64,000 nt of DNA, from assembly GCA_026936335.1 (NCBI GenBank), contig JAPMXV010000054.1, forward strand, positions 124,001 to 188,000, written 5' to 3'. Positions 45,035 to 56,439 of the stretch are shown here, piece by piece. The number at the start of each line of letters is the position of its first letter. Positions within the stretch are counted from its first letter, which is position 1. Both the position numbers and the translations under genes were made by a program. The notes under the pieces are model-generated. The model ran no database searches, was not told the origin of the DNA, and saw nothing but the letters and a program-made list of their open reading frames with translations. This stretch comes from Mantamonas sphyraenae STR306. Lineage: Eukaryota > Protista > CRuMs.

Positions 45035-45502
45035 TTGCGATTCCGTTGTGTCACCCCTCGCATGCAGATGAAGCCCACGCCGTTCTCGCTCTCGTCGCCA
45101 ATGTGGGTATTTACGACGTTGACAACGATGTCCTGTCCATGTACAAACTGCACTCCGAGGTGTTCACGTTGCGTCCATTGGTCATGCTGCCAGAGTATGC
45201 CAATCCCGACTTTGACGCTCACGCAGGAGGGCCAAGTTTTTGCGCTGCGGAATTGCGGGTAGACGCAGCCACTACAGGGGGGCTGTGCAGTGAGGGATGC
45301 AAGTGGGTTGAAGATTGCACTGGTGAGTCGAGGGAAAGACACGCGGAAGTATTCATTACGAATGATCGATGCTCTCCGGCCCATGCAGGACACTGTGCAA
45401 CAGAGTGTCACCCTTGATGACGGACATCTCCACAATCCAGCAACGCTCACCCATCCACACATGCGTGTTGCCTCGTGTGTGTCACTCCAACGCGTTCATT
45501 GT

Positions 45503-47616
45503 TCATTTGGGCTCAGAGCCTCCCACGCCTACGGCGCCGTCGACGCCGTGGCCGTCAAACATGTCGACGAGAGCCAGTGTGGCGTAGCGTTGAAGCTCTG
45601 CGTACTCACGCATGTTCTCCTGCAGAGTCTCCATGGTCTGCAGGTACTGGAACAGGTTGTCACGTGGCCAGTAAGTCTTGCGCTTGGGTGCCAGCATGTC
45701 CACGTCCGTTTCCAGATTCAGCCGCTGTTGCTTCTTGTGCATCAGCAGCAGTTCTTGGATGTGTTGCATAAACAGCCGCCCATCTTCGGTGTTGGGCACC
45801 TCAGGCACAAACGCCTCGTCCACCCGGCTTGTTTCCAGCCCTGCGCTCGAGTCCGACATCATGCTGTCCTCCATGCTCAGCATGCCCCCGTACGAATCCG
45901 AGTCTCCCAACGGCGTGATCGATCTGCTGTCCTTGCGACCACCACCACCACCTCCTCCTCGTCCCTTCTTGCCCTGTCCGCTCCTTTCGGCATCCTTGAA
46001 CGTGGGTCCATTCACAATCGCCTCCTTGCCCAGCCTGTCGTCGTGCACTGCACTGCTGTCCAATCCAGCGCCACCTCCAGCGCTGATATCCACCTTGCGT
46101 CGACCGCCTGCCTCGTGTGACTCTCCCATGCGGCTGCTTTCGCCTGTGGCTGTCCCTTTGGCACCTGATCGTTTCCTGTTCCCCTGCATGATTTCCTTTT
46201 TGATGCGCCTGTTCATGCGTTCCAGCTTGCGTTGCTCAGCACTCTCCTTCTCTTTGGCCTTGAGTTCTTTGCTGATGCTCTCAAACTTGTTCACCATCAC
46301 ACCCACCACTGTGTTGCGAAAGATAAACGCACCCACGCACACCCACGACACAAAGAAGAAGGTTGTCACTGCCGGAGACACCACCGTGCGCACGTCGTTG
46401 TGCACAAAGTACCACTGGTCCAATGTCAACATCTGGAACAGTGTCACAAAGCTCGATCCCAGCGACGAGAACTTGTCCCGGTACGCAATGTCGTCCCGCG
46501 GCGACAGCGTGTAGCTTTCAAACAGGTTGATGGCCATCACCGCGTAGATGTACGTGATGATAAGCAGCAGCACCATGATGAATGCCATCTCTTGGAACGC
46601 CTCCAAGATTGTTTTTACAATGATCCTCAGTGATTTGAAGCGCACAATCTGGGGAGTGAGGGTATGTGTGAGTGTGTGGGTGTGTGGGTGTGTCTCCTTC
46701 TCCTTCTCCACTCTGCCTTCTCTGTGTGTTTGTGAATGGCCAACAACGCACCAGCTTCAACGAGCGGAAGGTCCTGACCACGCGAAAGTTGTTGAGCACG
46801 CCCACGTTGGTCACCGAGTCTGGCAGGGCCGAGGCAAGGGTGATCACAAAGTCGAATAGGTTCCATCCGTCTAACCAGAAGGAAGAAAAGTCGTCGAGGA
46901 ACTTGAGGCAAATCTCCAGGATGAAAATAAGCACGGCCACCTGGTCCAACAACTCCAGCACGTGCAACGTCCCATAGTTTTCCGACGGTTCCAGTTCGGC
47001 CTCCACTCCCAACAGGATGGAATTGATAATCACCGTCGCCATGATGAACCATTGGAAGCGGTTGTCTGTGGTTGATCGTGCGGGTGCAGGACAAAAGGAG
47101 TGTGTGAGCCAAAAACGGCGGGCTTCCAATCATCCATCATCCACCCGTTTCGTCTCTCGTCCTCCCTCCTCGGACCATAGCGTCAACCTACCATTCACCA
47201 GCCACGACGCCCAGACCCCCAGAGGCACCCTGTTGAGATTCTTGGTGCGTGTCAGGCGTCTGTCCAGCTGCAGCTTGGCCAATTCGTCCGGGTTGCGTTT
47301 GAATATCTTGAACTTCACCAGCTGGTGCGGCGTTTCGCGCAGCAGCTTGTCCAAGAGATGCGGATCTGCACGAGGAGAACCAAAGGGGGTGTGGGGTTCA
47401 CACGGGCGCACCCATGTTAGTGTTCATCATGGCAACACACACACTCTCTGTGTACACCCACAACGCACTCTTTTCCAGATCCGCGGTGCTGTACACAGGC
47501 TCATTGCCCCTGTTGGCCCCCTCTTGGCGTCCAAACAGACGGAATTCCTCAATCAGGCGCGAGCGGAACACATGAGCCCGTTCAGAGATGTCTGTGAACA
47601 GCGGGCCACCAGACAT
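45503..47616 (-). CDS. CATSPER2: CatSper2-like single-domain 6TM Ca2+ channel alpha subunit, 4 exons
   Basis: N-terminal FRSRLIEEFRL...HQLVKFKI...PLGVWASWLV; S1-S6 with FWLDGWNLFDF, S4 FRVVRTFRSLKLIVRF, pore LFQMLTLDQWY; C-terminal WPRDNLFQYLQTMETLQENMREYAELQ, matching CatSper2-specific termini as I recall them. Confidence 0.85.
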
Positions 47617-47844
47617 TTGGGTCTCCCAGCAGCGATGTGTGTTTGTTTGTCTGTGCGTGCGCTGTGTGATCTGAGAGAGAGAGAGAGAGAGTGTGTGTGT
47701 GTGTGTGATGGATAGCCACACCATGCCACAGGCAGACATGAGTGGTCGACCGATTCCGTGTGTGTCTGTGTGCCGGAGGGGGAGGGGGGGGGGGGCCACG
47801 GAACTCTCCCGCGCGCATGTGAATGCAACCCAGCAGTCCCACGA

Positions 47845-48935
47845 ATGTCCACCAATGGCAAACAGCTGCCCACCGATCAGGTGTTGATGTATGTTGCCCA
47901 GCTCACCACACCTGTGAGCGCAGCCAAGCGTGAAGAGGCGCTGCACGAGCTCAGCAAGAACCGCGACTACATCTCCGACCTGGCCCCCTTGCTGTGGAAC
48001 AGCTTTGGCACCGTCACCGCTCTCCTCCAGGAGATTGTCTCTGTGTATCCGCTCCTTTCTCCTGCAAAGGTGGACCAGGAGGACAGCAACCGCGTGTGCA
48101 ACGCCCTTGCCCTTCTTCAATGCCTCGCCTCCCACCCAGACACTCGCAAGCCCTTCCTCCAGGCGCACATCCCCATGTACCTTTACCCATTCCTCAACAC
48201 TGTCAGCATCGAAGATCCCTTCGAGTACTTGCGTCTCACCAGTCTCGGCGTCATCGGCGCCCTTGTAAAGGTGAGTTTTGTGGCTGTGGCTGTGGCTGTG
48301 TGGCCCTCTTCGCCCTTGCCGTCGTTTTCCCGCCGCCGTCCAGCTCGCCTCCACCCCGCCTGTGTGCTCGTTGCAATGTCTCACACCCATGTCGTGTGCA
48401 ACGTGTGCACATGTGACCACAGAATGACGACGGTGACGTGATCAAATTCCTGCTGGGCACAGAGATTATCCCGCTGTGTCTGCAGATCATGGAAAACGGG
48501 TCGGACCTCAGCAAGACCGTGTCGACGTTCATTCTGGAAAAAATCCTTGTGGACGACAAGGGCCTCACCTACATGTGCCATTCCTACGAACGCTTCTATG
48601 CCGTCAGCACGGTGTTGGGTCACATGGTGGTGCAGCTGAGCAAGGAACCGCGGGACACCCAGCAGCAGGAGTACAACATTGCTCGTCTGCTCAAACACAT
48701 CATTCGCTGCTACCTTCGCCTGTGTGACAACTCAAAGGCACGTGATGCCCTTCGACAGACCCTTCCCGAGCAGCTTCGCGACCCCAAGTTTGTCTCGGTG
48801 CTCGATCGCGAACAGAGCTCCCAGAAGGTCCTCATGCGCCTCCTCCGCATCTTTCACACCAACAATGGCAACGGCAACGGCAATGGCAATGGCAATGGCA
48901 ATGGCAATGGCAACAGCAAACAGACGCAGAAATGA
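47845..48935 (+). CDS. CNOT9: CCR4-NOT subunit 9 (Rcd1/Caf40); one intron at about 48271-48422
   Basis: [10 protein letters not shown]...[19 protein letters not shown]...[13 protein letters not shown]...[17 protein letters not shown]...TEIIPLCL...[12 protein letters not shown]. Confidence 0.97.
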
Positions 48936-48951
48936 AGCGGAAGCAGTTCAT

Positions 48952-50010
48952 TCAAAGCAACACCTCAGTCGTCGCCTCTTCCCCCTCTCCATCATCAACA
49001 TCCTGCGACGTCGTTTCCTTCTTCTTCTTCTGCTCATCGTCATCGTTGTCCTTCGTCTCTTTCTTGTCAAGGTCGTCCATCCCCTCCTGCTCCAACGCCC
49101 TGGCCTTTGCCTCCTCGGCCATCCACCTGTCCACCACTGCGCTCCAATCCACGTTCTCGGCCGTGCCGTGGTAAAACTCGTCCAGGAAGCGGGGTGGGAT
49201 CTCCTCGTGCAGCGTCTCGTAGTCCTCCTTGAGCATAAAGATGCGTGATTTCATCTTTTCGTTCATGAACAGCTTGACGATGGCCCAAATCGCGCTCATG
49301 TACCACGGCTGGTTGAGAACATAGATGCCTCCCAGGCGCACGGGCATGCAGTCTTGGAACATGCGCATGGACATCTCCTGCTCTGCAGGGTCTGCCTTTT
49401 TGGCCATGGCAAGGGAAAACTCGGACAGATCCTCGGCAATGACAATGCCGCAGATTTGACAGGCCGGATGGGCAAGGAGCCTGTCCATCAGCAACCAACT
49501 CGCTTCAAACATGCCCTTCCACGATTCCAGCTCGTTCATCTTCTCCAGGTCCTTGGCAGACAAGCACTCGATCACTCGGCCGCGGTCGTCGGACAGAGGC
49601 ATCACATAGCCCGGACTGATGCGCAGCATGTCCTCCACCTGCTTCAGACTCAGATCCGCCCATTCGTTTGTGTTTTCCATGTCGCAGTAGTTGCGCAGGT
49701 TCAGCAGAGCGCGATCCACGTCGAATTTCCCTTTGCGAAGGAAGCGAATCAGAAAGTTGTCGTTGCGGTACCGCTCACGCACAAACTCGCTGTGCGTTGG
49801 GTTGTTCATGTTCTCATCTGCCTCGATGGCTTCGTGGAATTCTGCCAGTCGCAGTGTGCGCACTTCGGGTGTCTCGCCAAGTTCTCGTTCCGCCTTGCGG
49901 GCCAAGGCTCCCGTGCCAATGTCCAAACAGTCCTTGGGTGGGTTCCACAGTGCCTCGTATACGTCCCACACCAACTCGTCGGCGTGTTCATCTGCGCTTG
50001 TGCTGGTCAT
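48952..50010 (-). CDS. CRAL-TRIO (Sec14/alpha-tocopherol-transfer/clavesin-like) lipid-binding protein
   Basis: KAERELGETPE, DNFLIRFLRKGKFDV, QICGIVIAEDLS, FQDCMPVRLGGIYVLNQPW, LHEEIPPRFL.EF.G. Confidence 0.92.
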   Translation of the reverse strand: MTSTSADEHADELVWDVYEALWNPPKDCLDIGTGALARKAERELGETPEVRTLRLAEFHEAIEADENMNNPTHSEFVRERYRNDNFLIRFLRKGKFDVDRALLNLRNYCDMENTNEWADLSLKQVEDMLRISPGYVMPLSDDRGRVIECLSAKDLEKMNELESWKGMFEASWLLMDRLLAHPACQICGIVIAEDLSEFSLAMAKKADPAEQEMSMRMFQDCMPVRLGGIYVLNQPWYMSAIWAIVKLFMNEKMKSRIFMLKEDYETLHEEIPPRFLDEFYHGTAENVDWSAVVDRWMAEEAKARALEQEGMDDLDKKETKDNDDDEQKKKKETTSQDVDDGEGEEATTEVLL

Positions 50011-50094
50011 GTTATCGGCAATGCGTTTGCGTTTGTGTTGTCCTCGTGCGGGCAGTCGTGCTGTGTCATGTGCGCCAACCCAGCCACCCAATTC

Positions 50095-51733
50095 ATGCAA
50101 TCTCGTCCATCCCGGCTGAGACGACCCGTCTCCCTCCTAAACCGCTTGGTGCGCTCCAGTACAAGCACAGGGTGCAGTGGCCGTGGCCAGAGTGCACCGC
50201 CCAAGATGGTGGGTGCAGTCGTGCAGGCGCACACTTCGTCACTCGCGGTCGCCGCCGCTGCTGCTGCTCGTCCATCGCGAACCTCTGTGTCGTCGTTCGA
50301 CATGCACGCGTGCTCCAACACTCGACTCGGCCGTGTGGCATTTGAAAATGGCCAATCGACGTCCACACCCTCGCCGCTCGTGGGTTTTTCCTCAAGTTTT
50401 CACAGCTCTGGGGTGGTGGGACGTCACAGCGCCGTCCAGCTGTCGGAATCTACACACACGCCCTCGCAACCGGGAACAAGCACACAAAATGGCCATTTGG
50501 TCATCCTAGGCTCCGGATGGGGCTCCTTCCGTCTGCTCAAATCCATCGACACAAACAAGTTTGCCAAGGTCACTGTGATCTCTCCGCGAAACCACTTCTT
50601 GTACACGCCCCTGTTGCCATCCACCACCACAGGCACTCTGGAGTTCCGCTGCATTGCCGAACCCATCCGCTACGCCAAGGATGACGTCGATTACATCATG
50701 GCCGAGGCCACAGAGCTCGACGCAGAAAACCAACGTCTCACCGCACGCGCCGTCCTTGACGACCGCGTCTTTGACATCCCTTACGACCAGTTGGTCATTG
50801 GCGTGGGAGCCCTCCCTGCCACGTTTGGCATTCCGGGCGTGGAGGAACACACCCATTTTCTCAAGGAGCTGGGTGACGCTCGCAACATTCGCCAGCACGT
50901 CATCGAAAACTTTGAGCGTGCCGCCGAACCCAATGTCGATGACGACGAACGCAAGCGTTTGCTTCACTTTGTGGTGGTTGGTGGTGGCCCCACGGGATCC
51001 GAGTGGGCGTCTGAGCTTGCAGATTTCATTCGCTTTGACATCCGCCGCCACTATCCCGAGCTTCTCAAGGACGTGCGTGTGTCCCTGGTCGATGGCTCCG
51101 ACCGCGTGCTGGGTGCGTTTGGCGACCGTCTCAGCAGGTATGCAAAACGCACCATGCAGAAGCACCAGATTCACTTGCTGCTCGGATCCAACGTCGACCG
51201 CGTGGAGGAGAAGCGCATTGTGCTGAAGAATGGCACCGTGTTGGACTATGGCATGTGTGTGTGGAGCACGGGTCTCGATGCAAGGCCCATGATCAAGGAT
51301 CTGCCATTCCCCAAAACTCGCGACAACCGCCTGCTCGTCAACGAGTTCTTGGAAATCGCCGATCCGCACGTGCGCAACATCTACGCCATTGGGAGATTGT
51401 AGCCAACTGCAAGGGGATGCGCAGTTGGCTCCCACCGCCCAGGCAGCGCAGCAAGAGGGTGCCTACCTTGCCAAACTCCTGAACCACAGGGCCACCCATG
51501 GCATCGATGCCGACGATGAGCCATTCAAGTATCGCCACTTTGGCATGCTTGCCTACATCGGAGGCTACAAGGGCCTCACGGACATCGGCAACCTGAAAAC
51601 GGGCGGGTTTGCAAGCTGGGTGGTTTGGCGATCCGCGTACTTTTCCTACTTGGTTTCCTGGCGCAACCGCCTCCTGGTTCCCATGCACTGGTTCAAGACG
51701 TTTGTGTTTGGACGTGACGTGACGCGTTTCTGA
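50095..51733 (+). CDS. NDE/NDB-like: Type II (alternative) mitochondrial NADH:quinone oxidoreductase; apparent 1-nt frameshift at about 51390
   Basis: Arg/Ser-rich presequence; LVILGSGWG, SPRNHFLYTPLLPSTTTGTLEFR, FVVVGGGPTG.E, YAIG|DC, APTAQAAQQEGAYLA, WRSAY, FGRD. Confidence 0.93.
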
Positions 51734-51791
51734 TGATGATGGTGCAATGGCACAAATGCACTGCCAAGTTTCTTCCTCTTCTTCTTCTCCT

Positions 51792-54700
51792 TCATCGTCT
51801 TCGTTTCAGCTGCCGCACGAGATGCTGGTTGGACACGGTCTCGCCACACAACGGCACTCTTGAACGTGTTCCAATTCTCTGTGCGGTCTCGCTGCTGCAA
51901 CAGACGCACGAGCTCGTCGGTGTCCCACAGCAAATCGCTGGCTTTTCCTCCACATCGCGCAGTGCCAGTGTGCTGTATGACGCCAGCAGTTCCATCTTGT
52001 TCAGCATGACCAGCTCGGTGCACTGGTCGACTGTGCCAAACCGTCCGCCGCCGCTTTTGGCGCTGACCACGCGTGCCTTTGTCAAACCACGTCGCAACAC
52101 GCCAGCCGTGCCAAACACGTCGCCTCGGCCATACTCGGCCACCGTCACCCACTGCACGTGCTCCTTTGCACCATTCTTCTTGGACGGCACCTCGTTGCGC
52201 ACCTCGATGTGTCGCAGCGGCGCCTGCTCCATGGGATCGGCGTTGATCACTGCATCTGTGGAGCCCAAGTCGCCCACATCGCCTGCGATGCTGCTGCTGT
52301 TGCTTCCACTGCCCGTGCCACGAGCCATGTTCTTCCACCGGGGCCCATCCGTGTATGAACTGAACGGGTTCTTGTCGCTGGGCGGTTTCAGGGTGCCAAA
52401 CGCGCTGTGTTGCTCCACTTTTGGAGGATGGCCCACCTGCACCTGCACCAGCAGCCGGCCACGGTGCACCACATACAACTCGCCCATTGTGGTGCCCTTT
52501 TCCACCAGCGTGGCACCGGGGCCCAACACCACCCGGTAAATGATGCGTGCAATGTACGCGCTGCTCTTGGCAAACGGTTTGAACTGCGACACCAGCGACA
52601 CCAGTGTGCTCCACACATTCGCCACGTAGAACTTTTCGATCCTTGCATACTCCTGTCGCGTGACACGCAACACCTGCACCTTTGTCTTGGCCTCCACAAA
52701 CATCTTGTTGCCCGTGCGCTGGCTGCTCAGATCAACAGGCCCAAAGCAATCTCCAATGCACAGTGTGCCCAGCAGGTCTTCGATGCCTCGCCGTCGCCCA
52801 CCGCCTTTCGGTCGTTGCCGCTCATCCTCTTCCTTCAATTCCGTCAGCGCCTGTGCATTCCCGTCGCCGCTGCGGCTGCTGCTGCTGCTGTGACCTGCGA
52901 GTGCATCAAAGTCAAACAGCGTCTTAAAGTCCACCTTGCCTGTAAACACAATCCACAGGTCGTCGGTCTCCTCGCCAATGTCCAACATGGTCTCCCCGGC
53001 CTCGTAGTCGTACACCTGTGCCATGCGGCACAGCTCCTCGATGAGAAAGTTGTTGAAGCGGAAAAAGTGCAGAAACTCGCGCACAATCTGGGCCATTACA
53101 AAGGTCTCGCGCGGCCCACGGTCTGTGCTCTTGCTGTACAGTGCTGCCTGCACATCCTTGCCCAGCGCAATGCTTTCCACGTTGGCAATGCGCCGTGCAT
53201 ACACCTTCTCGTCCACCACGTGGCTTACCACATCCCGGAATTTGCTCATCATGTTCACGTTTGCAATCTCTCTCCACGTCGCCACATTGTACGTCGCCCC
53301 AAACCGTTCCGTGCCCAGCGACACGCGCTTTCCCCTGCGTCGTTGTTCGCTCACACGCCGCAGTTCGTCTGCAAAGTCTTCCATCGATTCGCGCTTGCTC
53401 ATCGATGCCGGTCGTTCCTGCTGCCCACTGCGTGTGCTTCTACCTCCCTTGCCAGCCTTGCTTTCCTTGCCCTTTCCCTTCTTTGCCATCTTCTTCCCTT
53501 TGCCATCCTTTCCCTTGTTCGAATTCGCCGGGTGCTGCTTCGCCGTCTTCTTTGCCTCTTGTTCGCTTGTGTCCCCCTTCACCTCCGCATGGCGATCTCG
53601 TCGTCGACGCACCTGCAACGAAAGGTCAACAGGCGCGCTTGTTTCTTTGTCCTCATCCTGGGTGCCCTCGCCTTCCTCTTGATCCACCTCTTTGTACAGC
53701 TCGGCGCTCTCGCCTCGTTCGAGCAGTTTGTGCTTTTTCCATGTGGTTGCCTCCTCCTCCTCACGCTCCACCTCCCGATGGTACTCCTTGTGTGTAACAG
53801 TGCTGCGCACGGGACGTAGGGTGGCCAGCCGTGCCACGGCACTCAGCTTCAGTTTGCGACCCGGATGTTGCAACAAACCACCCTTTCCGCCTTCTGCAGC
53901 TGCCTCATCCTCATCGTCCGACCAACCCTCCGAGTCTTCCGAGCCGCTCTCGCTGCTTACCATCTCGATGGACGCTTCAAACTGCGCCAGTTCCTCGTCC
54001 GTCGCCGCTGCAGGGGTCCTGGACACACTGTCGCTGTGGTACAACACACGCTCGTGATCCATGCTGTACTGAGACCGCCTGGGGCTGCGCGATTCGCGTT
54101 TGTGCTCCTCCATCTCGTCGTGCACCCAGTGACGATGCAGACTGCCAAACTCCTCCCGGTTGCGTGCCACCTCCTCATCCTTCCCGGACCCTTCCGGAGG
54201 CTGAAAGTCAAACAGTGACACACCCTTTGGATTGCGACGTCGCGAACGCAGCCGGCTGTTGGACTGTTGCGTCGACACGTCGTAGTTCTGCACCACAAAC
54301 CCCTCGCCAAGCGTCTCTGTGGACAACAGTCGCACTTCGCTGTGCTGCTGCTCTTCGTCTGTTTCGTCTCCCTCGTCCTCTTCTTCTCCCTTTCCTCTCA
54401 TGCTCTCACCCTCGGCCCCGCTTTCGCCTTTCTGTGTCTCCTCGGCGTTGTCGTCGTTGTCCTGATTGTCGTCGTCGTCGTCGTCATCGTCATCATCGTC
54501 GTCGTTGTCGTCATCGTCCGCATCCCACTCCTCGTCGTTGTCTCCCTGTGCGCCTATTGGCTCGAGACGCCTGCGCCCGTGCATGACCTTGAATCCCGTG
54601 ATGGGTTTGTCCGCATCGCGCATGTTCCACGGCTCTCCGTCGATGCCGTAGTAGTCCACCCACTCCAACTCAGAGGCAAACTGGAGCATGCGTTGGTTCT

Positions 54701-56141
54701 CCTCCTCGGCGGCCATGAGCGCGTCTCGTCTGTCCATCAGCTGGTCCATGAGCCGCGACAATTCGTCGTTCATCGTTGTGTGGTACGGCATGTCGAACCC
54801 CAACCCTGTCTGCTCGCTGATCCGCAGCTTTCCCTCCTTCCGTTTCCTTTCCTCAATGGTTTCCCGTGCCAACAGCCCACGAAAGCGACGCGCCCGTTCC
54901 TCCGTCGCCTCTGCCAGCAGCTTGCGCTGCATCTCTGCTCGATCGAACGCCGCGGCTGTTGTTGAATCGTTTGTACGTCGTGGCGACGAGCCAGCCTGCT
55001 GCTGCCGTGCATCCTCTTCCTCATCCTCTTGCACTCTGCCCAACGGACCCGACATGCCCAATGTGTGTGTTGCCAGCGAATTGGGCGTCACGCTGCGCCG
55101 CGGATCGCCTGCATCCCCCATCCCTTCCCTCCGTGGCAGATTCTCAAGATCCCACTCGATGCTGCTGCGACGCCGCGAATTGCGCGAGCGTCTGTCGCCC
55201 GGCATCAAATCCACGTCGACACTGAACGCCTTGGCCAACCCCAGGTCAAGGTTGTCCAGCGAAAACGAATCCAACCGCGACCGCGGTCGCATCTCTCGGA
55301 ACACATCGTAGCTCTCGGACGCTTGGGAACCCGTGTCTGCGTCGCCTCTGCTTCGTGTTCCCTCGCCCCTGGCAGTGCCTGTTGCTGACGAGCCTCGGGA
55401 ACTCCGGCCCCTGCCGGATCGCTCACCTGCTCGGTTGCGTCGCGCCTCCTCCTCGGCGCGTTGGGCTGCTGCACGTCGTCCACGCTCCTGGATGGTCAGC
55501 CCACCTTGGTTTTCTCCATCCTCACCCGCGTTCTGCCTGCGCTTCATGCGCCTGCGTCGCCTGCGCGTGCGTTCTTTCGAGGCCACCACCCCGGGGGGCA
55601 ACGGTCGTGCAAACTTGGTCACAAACTTGCCCGCCAGCGGCGTGAATTCAAACTCGCTGGCCGCCATTTCCTCCACAGGCTGTTCGTGCTTACCCACCAC
55701 GCGTCCTCCAATCACTTCGTGTTTCCATCCGTGCTCTTCGTCACGTGCGTCGCTGCGTTGACTCCGCTGTGAACTTGTCGTCCCCCCATGCCTTGCCACA
55801 TGCCGCCCCACCTGCCCTTGGTCCCCATCCTGCTCCTCCATCCTCTCTCCTTCCTCGTTGCTCTGTCCCCCTCCGCTGTTGTGTGATTTGCTTCCCGAGC
55901 GTCGATCGCGCAGTTTGCTCACGTACGTCAGATGGTTCAGCCGCTTCTTCAACGCGTTCTTTCGCCGCGCAAGCTCCTCCGCGTTGTACTCTCTCTGCAA
56001 CGGCGTCACTGTACGCAGCAGCTTCTCTCGACTCATCCGCAACTCCTCCTGTCGCTTGCGGAACGCCTCGCCGCGCTCCCGGTTGCGTCGCACAGACTCG
56101 GCCGAAGGCAGCTTCAGCACCGGCGTCCGTGTCGACGACAT
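51792..56141 (-). CDS. Large protein with two C-terminal cyclic-nucleotide-binding domains; probable frameshift at about 51945
   Basis: FFRF...ELCRMAQVYDYEAGETMLDIGE...IVFTGKV...GDCFG; second domain LVEKG...LYVVHRGRL...GDVFG; long disordered N-terminal region. Confidence 0.75.
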   Translation of the reverse strand: MSSTRTPVLKLPSAESVRRNRERGEAFRKRQEELRMSREKLLRTVTPLQREYNAEELARRKNALKKRLNHLTYVSKLRDRRSGSKSHNSGGGQSNEEGERMEEQDGDQGQVGRHVARHGGTTSSQRSQRSDARDEEHGWKHEVIGGRVVGKHEQPVEEMAASEFEFTPLAGKFVTKFARPLPPGVVASKERTRRRRRRMKRRQNAGEDGENQGGLTIQERGRRAAAQRAEEEARRNRAGERSGRGRSSRGSSATGTARGEGTRSRGDADTGSQASESYDVFREMRPRSRLDSFSLDNLDLGLAKAFSVDVDLMPGDRRSRNSRRRSSIEWDLENLPRREGMGDAGDPRRSVTPNSLATHTLGMSGPLGRVQEDEEEDARQQQAGSSPRRTNDSTTAAAFDRAEMQRKLLAEATEERARRFRGLLARETIEERKRKEGKLRISEQTGLGFDMPYHTTMNDELSRLMDQLMDRRDALMAAEEENQRMLQFASELEWVDYYGIDGEPWNMRDADKPITGFKVMHGRRRLEPIGAQGDNDEEWDADDDDNDDDDDDDDDDDDNQDNDDNAEETQKGESGAEGESMRGKGEEEDEGDETDEEQQHSEVRLLSTETLGEGFVVQNYDVSTQQSNSRLRSRRRNPKGVSLFDFQPPEGSGKDEEVARNREEFGSLHRHWVHDEMEEHKRESRSPRRSQYSMDHERVLYHSDSVSRTPAAATDEELAQFEASIEMVSSESGSEDSEGWSDDEDEAAAEGGKGGLLQHPGRKLKLSAVARLATLRPVRSTVTHKEYHREVEREEEEATTWKKHKLLERGESAELYKEVDQEEGEGTQDEDKETSAPVDLSLQVRRRRDRHAEVKGDTSEQEAKKTAKQHPANSNKGKDGKGKKMAKKGKGKESKAGKGGRSTRSGQQERPASMSKRESMEDFADELRRVSEQRRRGKRVSLGTERFGATYNVATWREIANVNMMSKFRDVVSHVVDEKVYARRIANVESIALGKDVQAALYSKSTDRGPRETFVMAQIVREFLHFFRFNNFLIEELCRMAQVYDYEAGETMLDIGEETDDLWIVFTGKVDFKTLFDFDALAGHSSSSSRSGDGNAQALTELKEEDERQRPKGGGRRRGIEDLLGTLCIGDCFGPVDLSSQRTGNKMFVEAKTKVQVLRVTRQEYARIEKFYVANVWSTLVSLVSQFKPFAKSSAYIARIIYRVVLGPGATLVEKGTTMGELYVVHRGRLLVQVQVGHPPKVEQHSAFGTLKPPSDKNPFSSYTDGPRWKNMARGTGSGSNSSSIAGDVGDLGSTDAVINADPMEQAPLRHIEVRNEVPSKKNGAKEHVQWVTVAEYGRGDVFGTAGVLRRGLTKARVVSAKSGGGRFGTVDQCTELVMLNKMELLASYSTLALRDVEEKPAICCGTPTSSCVCCSSETAQRIGTRSRVPLCGETVSNQHLVRQLKRRR

Positions 56142-56439
56142 CCGAGTTTGGTTTGTGCCCGCAGACGAAGCCCAAGACCCATCCCCACTCCACTCACCGC
56201 AGAGCAACCGTACCCAAGATGCCAGCTGCACAAGAGAACACCAAGGAGAGTCATGACATGCACACTGGGAGGAGAGGAGGAGGAGGAAGAAAAACTTGAA
56301 ATCTGCTTCGTTTGTTTCGCCTTTTCTGCGACCGGAAATCAGCATTCAGCATTCCTGACGCCTGGGTGAACATGCGGTACGACACATGCCAAAATAGATC
56401 CAGGGACACATGCTGGCATGGTGGTTCAGGTGGCCCAAT

